A stretch of 64,000 bases of DNA from Somniosus microcephalus (Eukaryota), in the NCBI GenBank assembly GCA_052327205.1, contig CM126214.1:32612001-32676000 (forward strand). Direction: 5' to 3'. The notes below the pieces were generated by a model that saw only the letters and a list, made by a program, of their open reading frames with translations, was not told the DNA's origin and made no database searches. Below, one piece after another: positions 57,001 through 64,000 of this stretch. A program made the position numbers and the translations under genes. Positions within the stretch are counted from its first letter, which is position 1. Every line of letters begins with the position of its first letter.

Positions 57001-60000
57001 CCCGGCCTGCTGCTCCTTCGCAAGCTCTGCCCAGTGGCTGCTGCGAGGCTGGGGGAAGGCGCCTGAGGCTCAGATGTCCTTCCGCCAGATGCCGCTGGGG
57101 GGCGGCCTACACGGCCTTTGGGCCTCGAGGGGCCGGCTGCTGAGTGGCGCACCTGAGCCTGGCCAACATCAGCTCCAGCCGCTTGCCCTTGACGCCCCAG
57201 TGGGGGAGTGGCAGCGACAGATGGCGCAATGTGGGCAAGCTGGCGTCTGGGATGCGCTGCCTGGTGCTGTGGCGCGCTGGCACTCGGCCGGGCCCGCACT
57301 GCAGGATCCGCAACAATCAGCCGAGGGGCGGCTCGCTGGGATGCTCCAGCGCGGCGGCTGCCCTGGCGATGCCTGCCTGAGACAGCGCGTGTGGCAGCAG
57401 TGAGTGCCCCTGTTGTCCTGGTGTGCGCCCGCATCACACCCGCCAGGGTCTTGACGGCATCAGTGAGCATGCGGCCACTCGCGGCAGTTGATGCCCCGAA
57501 CTCGCGCACACTGGTCGCCAGCGACTCGATGGCCTCAGGCATGCGCCCCACCACGCTCATGAGCTCCGTGTGGCGCCGGTCCGAATCCTCGCCCATCTTG
57601 TCCAGCTTCCGCGCCTCCTCCATGGTGAAGGTGTCCGGACTGGAGTCGGGACTCTCCCGCTGGGGAGCAGGGGACCGAACTAGGGGAACCTTGCCACGTT
57701 GGTGGCGGCGAGTGTCCCGATCAACTGCACTCCCCTCTGATCCTTCCCCCCTTGGCCGCGGCCCATGCGCAGGGCTCCTGGGTGGCTGGACGCCACTGGT
57801 CCCAGAAGCTGCAATCCCCTGCGACAGTTGGTCCAGGCACTCGTCCAGTGAGGACGTGTCAATCATTTCGTCCTCTCCTGCGGGACCTGAGTGTTCCCCT
57901 GATGGTCCGGCTTGCTCTTGCTCCTCCTTCTCCTCCTCCTCCTCCTCCTCCTGCTCGGAGGGGCTGTCACTGGCAGCTTCAGGGTCCTGGTCATCACCAG
58001 CTGAAAGCAGGAATGCACAAGAGTAGCTTCAGAGTGAGGAGACGGCGTCAGCGAGGGAGTTAGGACTGGTGGCATTCAGCGCATTGGTGGGACAGTGGCA
58101 AAGGAGGTAGCTCGGATGTGCAAGTGCGACGCGAGAGGGCCAAAAGGCGAGATCCTTACCATTGCCGGGCAGTGGAGGGTCGGCTACTCCACACGCTGTG
58201 GGCACGATCAGCCGGGCTCCCATGAGCCCACACACGCGCTCCTCCAGGCGAGTGAGCTTCTGCAGCTTGGCGCGGCCTCCCCTGGTCCTGGCACGGGCCT
58301 GGCGATTATAGGCAACTTTAGCCTGCAAGAGAAAGGACGGGCTGTAAGTACGCAGTGTAGCGCTGATGTAGTGTGCACTGCCTCCCATGGTGGAATAGCT
58401 TGGCCAGAGTGTAGCCCTGATGTACTGTGCACTGCCTCCCATGGTGGAATAGCTTGGCCAGAGTGTAGCCCTGATGTACTGTGCACTGCCTCCCATGGTG
58501 GAATAGCTTGGCCAGAGTGTAGAGTGCAGAATGGGCAATTGATGCTCATGACTGTCCCAAAGCTGCTGGCTGAGGGCTGGCCATTAGGACTTTCAGCTCC
58601 CTTTGCCCATCATGTCAGGTGTACATGCAAGAATGAGGAGGAGACTGGAAAGGGTACTCACCCTGACAATCCTGGTCAGGTCGTTGTATTTTTTACGACA
58701 TTGTTTGTGGGTCCTGGGGGCATCGCCGGTGAACGTCACCCTGTTGGCGATCTGCTTCCAGGCTCTGGTGTATTCTTGGTGGTTCGGATTCCTCCCAGTC
58801 TCTGGGAACAAGATCCTGCGCCTCTTCTCCAGAGCTGTCACCAATATTTCCAGATCACCCTCTGAGAAGCACAGGGCACGCTCACGGGCCTTCTCTGGCG
58901 TTGCCATGACTCCCTGGGGCTGAGCAGCAGTGTTGAGGCCTATTTGCAAAGCTGCAGTGTGCAGGGCGTGGCAGCAGACCAAATCGTCCCTTCCCCCTTT
59001 AAGAGCTGGTCGGCGCCACGGGGTCTGCTGTCAATCAAAAAATGACCGCACCCGCGCTGCGCCCCGCCTCGGCGCTATCCCTCTGCACCGCCGGCTTAGC
59101 GCCTAAAGATAGTAGTGGAACGCCTCTTTTAGCGCTCCACCAACCTCTTAGGGCGAAGCCACTGAATTTCCGGCAAGGGGGCGCAACTTAGGGGCGGGCG
59201 CTAACTTCGGGCGGGCGCTAACGTTAGCGCCCCAAAACTGGCTATACTGAATTTCTAGGCCATGGTGTACAATATGGAATTTACGGCCCAGAAAAATAAA
59301 AGCTTTTTTGCTTTCTAAAGGTGGGTCAAGTACAGTGCGATCATCTGCCATTGTGTCAACTGCATCATCTCCACTGTCAACATTGTCATCTTCTGGTACA
59401 GCAGTGACAACAAATTCTATATTAACGCCACCAATTTCACAATCAGCATCATCTTCCCCGACAAGCATGACAGTGACACTTGCTACAACTGAAACAGGTA
59501 CGAGTGAAATGATGACACCACAATTTGTAAAACACTGCAAGTAAGGTTATTGAGCTAAGAATTTGTGAAAGGTTAGATTCGAAGGCAAAATTCCCCAGTT
59601 CCATGCTCCAGGCAGTTAGACGTCTTGAAGGCAGCACTGCTCACAGAGAGGGCTGTAATCCTGATCGTCGAGGCCACAGTCACCTTAACCACAGATTCTC
59701 ACTGGGGGCTTTGGAATATACAATCTGCCCTATAAAGATTGCAAGGGGATAGAATAAAGTTCTTTCCAAAAAGGAGTTGAGGACAGGTCCATTAACCATA
59801 TTCCTTTTCATTTACAGCAAGCATTACACAATTAACATCTACATTGCTCAGTACAACAGAGCCAGCAAATTCATCACCAACACAATCGTCTTCAACAGCA
59901 AGCACTACTGTGACATTAAGCACAACGGAAACAAGTAAGTCAAAACAATTATACAACACATTGGGGAACAACAGTTTGCAGTTCTCTCTTTTAATACATT

Positions 60001-63000
60001 GTTTGTTTTACAATGTGGAGTTGCATTAAAGGGAGCAAGTTGAAATTCTGAGTCATGCATCAAGAAACTGTATTTGATAAGTCCATGCACAACATGGATT
60101 GCAGAATTCATGCGCATAACTGATGCGATTCTTTCAATAGGTGCATCAACTGCAGCCACATCAACTACTTCTGGGTCAGCAGAAATAACATCTGCACAGG
60201 CAACACCTTCATCTGGCAGTACAGTGCAGCCAACAAATTCCATATCAACAAGACCAAGCTCAGTAACACAATCATCTTCACCAGGAAGCACAACAGTGAC
60301 ATCAGTTACCAGTGAAAAAGGTAGGATGGAAACCATTGCAGCACTTTGTCGAACACTATTTGTCACGGCAATGCTTTTAGAAATTCAGAAAAATGGATTG
60401 AAAAGTTCACAAACATAGATATTACTGTTCTTTCAAAAGGTGCATCAAGTGTAGCAGCATCAACTCCAATCACATCATCTCCAGAAAAAACTCCACATTC
60501 ATCAGTGTTACCCGTCAGTACAAGAGAGACTACAAATTCCCCACCAACACAATCGTCTCCATTAACAAGCAGTACTGGAACATTATTCACAACTGAAACA
60601 AGTAAGACAAAGTCAATTATGCAATACATGGGGTACAATATGGAATTTACGGCCCAGAAAAATAAAAGCTTTTGTTCTTTCTAAAGGTGGGTCAAGTACA
60701 GTGCGATCATCTGCCATTGTGTCAAGTCCATCATCTCCACTGTCAACATTGTCATCTTCTGGTACAGCAGTGACAACAAATTCTATATCAACGCCACCAA
60801 TTTCACAATCAGACTCATCTTCCCCAACAAGCACGACAGTGACACTTGCTACAACTGAAACAGGTACGAGTGAAATGATGACACCACAATTTGTAAAACA
60901 CTGCAAGTAAGGTTATTGAGCAAAGAATTTGTGAAAGGTTGGATTCGAAGGCAAAATTCCCCAGTTCCATGCTCCAGGCAGTTAGACGTCTTGAAGGCAG
61001 CGCTGCTCACAGAGAGGGCTGTAATCCTGATCGTCGAGGCCACAGTCACCTTAACCACAGATTCTCACTGGGTGCTTTGGACAATACAATCTGCCCTATA
61101 AAGATTGCAAAGGGATAGAATTCCATTCTTTCCAAAAAGGAGTTGAGGACAGCTCCATTAACCATATTCCTTTTCATTTACAGCAAGCATTACACAGTTA
61201 ACATCTACATTGCTCAGTACAACAGAGCCAGCAAATTCATCACCAACACAATCGTCTTCAACAGCAAGCACTACTGTGACATTAAGCACAATGGAAACAA
61301 GTAAGTCAAAACAATTATACAACACATTGGGGAACAACAGTTTGCAGTTCTCTCTTTTAATTCATTGTTTGTTTTACAATGTGGAGTTGCATTAAAGAGA
61401 GCAAGTTGAAATTGTGAGTCATGCATCAAGAAACTGTTCCTTGAACAGAGGCCTGACCTGTCCCCATCCACCACCACCCTCCTCCGCCTGGCTGAACTTG
61501 TTCTCACATTGAACAACTTCTCCTTCAACTCCACTCATTTCCTCCAAATCAAAGGTGTTGCTATGGGTACCCGCATGGGTCCTAGCTATGCCTGCCTTTT
61601 CGTGGGATATGTGGAATACTCTTTGTTCCAATCCTACTCGGGTCCCCTCCCTCACCTCTTTTTCCGATACGTTGATGACTGTATCGGCGCCGTTTCCTGC
61701 TCTCACCCTGAACTAGACAATTTAATTCACTTTGCCTCCAATTTCCACCCTTCCCTCACCTTCACATGGTCCATCTCTGACTCTTCCCTTCCCTTCCTCG
61801 ACTTCTCCGTCTCCATCTCTGGGGATAGGTTATCAACCAATATTCACTACAAGCCCACTGACTCCCACAGCTATCTGGACTATTCTTCCTCCCACCCCGC
61901 CTCCTGTATTGACTCTATTCCATTCTCCCAGTTTCTCCATCTCCGCCGTATCTGCTCCGATGATGCCACCTTCCAGACCAGTGCTTCCGACATGTCTTCC
62001 TTTTTCCTCAACCGAGGATTCCCCTTTACCGTGGTTGACACGGCCCTCGACCGTGTCAGTTCTATCTCCCGCACTTCTGCCCTCACCCCTGCCCCTCCCT
62101 CCCGGAACCACGATAGGGTTCCCCTTGTCCTCACCTTTCACCCCACCAGCCTCCACATTCAACGGATCATCCTCCGCCATTTCCGCTACCTCCAAAGCAG
62201 TCCCACCACCAAACGCATCTTCCCCTCCCCTCCCCTTTCAGCATTCCGTAGGGACTGCTCCCTCCAAGACACTCTAGTCCACTCCTCTATCACCCCCAAC
62301 AGCCCTTCCCTTTCGCCTGGCACCTTCCTGTGCAAGCGCAGGAGATGTAACACCTGCCCCTATACCTCCCCCCTTCCCACTGTCCAGGGCCCCAAACACC
62401 CCTTCCAGGTGAAACAGTGATTTACTTGTACTTCTTGCAATCTAGTATACTGTATTCGCTGCTCACGATGCGGTCTCTTCTACATTAGGGAGACCAAACG
62501 CAGATTGGGTGACTGCTTTGCGGAACACCTCCATTCAGTCCGTAAGGGTGACCCCGAGCTCCCGGTCGCCTGTCATTTTAATTCACCGTTCCATTCCCAC
62601 TTGGACCTCACCGTCCTTGGCCTCTTGCATTGTTCCACGGAAGCTCAACGTAAACTCGAGGAACAGCACCTCATCTTCCGATTAGGCACGTTGCAGCCTT
62701 CCGGACTCAATATCGAGTTCAACAATTTCAGATCATAACCTCGGCCCCTATTACATTTTTACTTATATTTTTTTTCCCACCCCTTTGTTTTGGGTTTCCC
62801 CCCCCCCCTTTCCTTTTGTTTTTCTCTCTCTCCCACACGGCAGCTGTCTCTCATTCTGCCAGTACACTTCACACCTAATCTGAGCCATCTTTTGTCTCCA
62901 CTTGTCCTATTACCATCTCATCTGGTTTTGAATATCTCTTAATGTCTCTTTACTTCTTTTGTTCTATCGCAGCCCTGCCTTCGATCTATTTCATTTCCTT

Positions 63001-63908
63001 TCCAGTTTTGAAAAAGGGTTCACCCGAAACGTCGACTCTAATTTCTCTCCACGGATGTTGCCTGGCCTGCTGAGTTTTTCCAGCATTTTCTCTTGTTATA
63101 ACAAGAAATTGTGTTTGTTACGTCCATGCACAATCTGGATTGCAGAATTCATGCACATAACTGATTCTATTCTTTCAATAGGTGCATCCACTGCAGCCAC
63201 ATCAACTATTTCTGGGTCAGCAGAAATAACATCTGAACAGGCAACACCTTCATCTGGCAGTACAGTGCAGCCAACAAATTCCATATCAACAAGACCAAGC
63301 TCAGTAACACAATCATCTTCACCAGGAAGCACAACAGTGACATCAGTTACCAGTGAAACAGGTAGGATGGAATCCATTGCAGCACTTTGTCGAACACTAT
63401 TTGTCACGGCAAGGCTTTTAGAAATTCAGAAAAATGGATCGATAGGTTCACAAACATAGATATTACTGTTCTTTCAAAAGGTGCGTCAAGTATAGCAGCA
63501 TCAACTCCAATCACATCATCTCCAGAAACAACTCCACAATCATCAGTGTCACCCGTCAGTACAAGAGAGACAACAAATTCCCCACCAACACAATCGTCTC
63601 CACTAACAAGCAGTACTGGAACATTATTCACAACTGAAACAAGTAAGTCAAAGTCAATTATGCAATACATGGGGTACAATATGGAATTTACCGCCCAGAA
63701 GTAAGTATGAATCCTTTTTTTCTTTCTAAAGGTGGGTTAAATACAGTGCGATCATCTGCCATTGAGTCATCTCCATCATCTCCACTGTCAACATTGTCAT
63801 CTTCTGGTACAGCAGTGACAACAAATTCTATATCAACGCCACCAATTTCACAATCAGAATCATCTTCCCCGACCAGCACGAGAGTGACACTTGCTACAAC
63901 TGAAACAG
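1..63908 (+). CDS. Interior of a giant multi-exon mucin-like (PTS-domain) gene: 37 four-exon cassettes plus a partial exon (1-99), about 7,800 aa; start and stop not in the window
   Basis: Each unit has four S/T/P-rich open segments bounded by polypyrimidine-AG acceptors and GT donors. All have lengths divisible by 3 and phase 1 at both ends. In-frame stops occur only beyond the donors, and all TE insertions are intronic. No terminal domains (VWD, SEA, TM, cystine knot) are visible, so the gene cannot be named. Confidence 0.8.
1040..1359 (-). repeat. Inverted copy of the PLE pseudo-LTR
   Basis: Reverse complement of ~2012-2331 and ~5159-5478. The ORF track shows the same MVSKQVSQG peptide on opposite strands. 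Confidence 0.92.
1090..1126 (-). ncRNA. Minimal hammerhead ribozyme in the inverted pLTR
   Basis: Exact reverse complement of 2246-2282. Confidence 0.75.
1360..1897 (+). pseudogene. Duplicated 3' fragment of the PLE ORF (linker + GIY-YIG) in the upstream partial-tandem copy
   Basis: Near-identical to 4507-5044. Confidence 0.88.
2246..2282 (+). ncRNA. Minimal hammerhead ribozyme in PLE pLTR
   Basis: tcac-CTGAAGA-a-GGAGC-agc-GCTCC-GAAA-gc-TT-gtga: core boxes, stem II hairpin, stem I tcac/gtga and palindromic AAGCTT stem III, as in PLE minimal hammerheads. Confidence 0.8.
2370..5044 (+). pseudogene. PLE polyprotein (reverse transcriptase + GIY-YIG endonuclease), disrupted
   Basis: Motifs IKPADKGGA, DVSALYTSI, GTAMGTKFAPQYA, RYIDD and VVY...YIGET...RMNGH. 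A 1-nt frameshift lies near 2890 (GLNFCP/TTKMDP) and a premature TGA at 4343-4345; the frame then continues to TAA 5042-5044. Confidence 0.9.
5393..5429 (+). ncRNA. Minimal hammerhead ribozyme in the 3' pLTR
   Basis: Identical to 2246-2282. Confidence 0.8.
6276..6392 (+). CDS. Exon A of a representative unit (117 nt, phase 1-1): SITQLTSTLLSTTEPANSSPTQSSSTASTTVTLSTTET
   Basis: Acceptor ccttttcatttacag| and consensus donor aa|gtaagt; conserved across units. Confidence 0.75.
6599..6778 (+). CDS. Exon B of a representative unit (180 nt, phase 1-1): ASTAATSTTSGSAEITSAQATPSSGSTVQPTNSISTRPSSVTQSSSPGSTTVTSVTSET
   Basis: Acceptor tattctttcaatag| with a ctgat branch-like motif upstream; donor ag|gtagga. 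S/T-rich composition stops at these borders. Confidence 0.8.
6898..7059 (+). CDS. Exon C of a representative unit (162 nt, phase 1-1): ASSVAASTPITSSPEKTPHSSVLPVSTKETTNSPPTQSSPLTSSTGTLFTTET
   Basis: Acceptor tgttctttcaaaag| and donor aa|gtaaga. Confidence 0.8.
7145..7321 (+). CDS. Exon D of a representative unit (177 nt, phase 1-1): GSSTVRSSAIVSTPSSPLSTLSSSGTAVKINSISTPPISQPESSSPTSTTVTLATTET
   Basis: Acceptor tttttttcgttctaaag| and donor ag|gtacga, at the position homologous to the other three exon ends (gaaaca-R|gta). Confidence 0.75.
24283..24976. mobile_element. Non-autonomous Harbinger-type MITE, copy 1 (694 bp)
   Basis: 13-bp TIR ggcctagaaattc...gaatttctaggcc and 3-bp TSD ttt/tgt (empty site aaac-tgt-attt). 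Unit length rises by 697. GC-rich. TIR equals the right end of the autonomous element at 59249-59261. Confidence 0.9.
37270..37963. mobile_element. MITE copy 2 (spread by array duplication)
   Basis: Same site and sequence as copy 1, offset 12987. Confidence 0.9.
46156..46849. mobile_element. MITE copy 3 (spread by array duplication)
   Basis: Same site and nearly the same sequence as copy 2, offset 8886. Confidence 0.9.
50950..51652. mobile_element. MITE copy 4 (703 bp, more diverged)
   Basis: Same intron position and the same ttt/tgt flanks; 9 nt longer, with multiple substitutions. Confidence 0.9.
55437..56584 (+). CDS. Harbinger DDE transposase (HARBI1-like, DDE_Tnp_4); apparent 1-nt frameshift near 55580, intact 326-aa ORF from 55604
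   Basis: Motifs ALNFYATGSFQ, GAIDCTHV, NRKGYHSLNVQLVCD, PGSSHDA, LLGDKGYP and IIEQTIGVLKQRFRCL. Restoring one base joins the upstream RRPYP segment to YRQQRSYLNM. AATAAA at 56700-56705. Confidence 0.88.
56949..58907 (-). CDS. Harbinger Myb/SANT-like DNA-binding protein, 3 exons (58907-58662, 58322-58160, 58000-56949), ~486 aa
   Basis: N-terminal FSEGDLEILV...RAWKQIA...RTHKQCRKKYNDL trihelix motif. Donors gtgagt and gtaagg, acceptors ttgcag and tttcag. Exon phases join in frame through an acidic tract into ORF 57866-56949. Minus-strand AATAAA at ~56714-56719. Confidence 0.82.
58354..58522. repeat. 54-bp minisatellite, ~3.1 copies, in intron 1 of the Myb-like gene
   Basis: agtgtagccctgatgtactgtgcactgcctcccatggtggaatagcttggccag repeated at 58354, 58408 and 58462. 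Confidence 0.92.
61438..62738 (+). pseudogene. Truncated PLE RT + GIY-YIG ORF with internal stop
   Basis: Motifs GVAMGTRMGPSYA, FRYVDD, YKPTD, CKRRRCNTC and LVYCIRC...YIRETKRRL. TGA at 62418-62420. Confidence 0.88.
61438..63101 (+). mobile_element. 5'-truncated Penelope-like element of a second family
   Basis: 11-bp TSD caagaaactgt (61427-61437) / caagaaattgt (63102-63112). Partial RT, GIY-YIG, a pyrimidine-rich 3' UTR and a degenerate hammerhead-like motif near 63004-63038. Confidence 0.9.
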
Positions 63909-64000
63909 GTACGAGTGAAATGATGACACGACAATTTGTAAAACACTGTAAGTAAGGTTATTGAGCTAAGAATTTGTGAAAGGTTGGATTAGAAGGCAAA

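Larger units (their letters stand above)
54937..59261. mobile_element. PIF/Harbinger DNA transposon, full-length two-gene element (4325 bp)
   Basis: 3-bp TSD ATG (54934-54936, 59262-59264). Imperfect TIRs gggctggattttcagt / actgaatttctaggcc (12/16). Convergent transposase and Myb/SANT-like genes. Inserted in a C-D intron. Confidence 0.93.
1..64000 (+). repeat. Tandem array of ~1366-bp units (1357-1369 bp), 37 copies, interrupted by 7 TE insertions
   Basis: The LSTTEPANSS segment recurs at 446, 6302, 7668, 9036, 10402 ... 59844, 61210. Spacing is about 1366, or 1366 plus the insertion length. Confidence 0.98.

Noticed and set aside
57074-58865. Plus-strand ORFs (272, 256, 109 aa) within the Harbinger element
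   Set aside because: They are antisense to the Myb-like gene and its minisatellite-containing intron in GC-rich DNA, with no motifs.
1-64000. CRISPR array or prokaryotic RT system (retron, DGR, group II intron)
   Set aside because: There is no short repeat-spacer structure. Both RTs are Penelope-type with GIY-YIG, and spliceosomal introns are present.

Overview
This is eukaryotic, probably vertebrate, genomic DNA. The Penelope and hammerhead repeats look like those of cartilaginous fishes, but that is inference. About 50.7 kb is a tandem array of 37 copies (plus a partial exon at the left edge) of a ~1366-bp unit. The unit is not a plain satellite. It carries four GT-AG exons (A 117, B 180, C 162, D 177 nt), all symmetric phase 1, separated by introns of 206, 119, 85 and 320 nt. 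Together they encode 212 aa of Ser/Thr/Pro-rich, Cys-free mucin-type sequence. The window therefore looks like the interior of a giant mucin-like gene on the + strand (~148 exons, ~7,800 aa), with both ends outside the window. The array has higher-order duplications (periods 12,987, 8,886 and 2,735 bp, possibly 4,098). Every transposon insertion is intronic. There is a Penelope-like element (RT + GIY-YIG) with partial-tandem and inverted pLTRs and hammerhead ribozymes (1040-5517), four copies of a ~694-bp MITE, a 4.3-kb PIF/Harbinger element with a transposase and a 3-exon Myb/SANT-like gene (54937-59261), and a second, 5'-truncated Penelope-like element (61438-63101).
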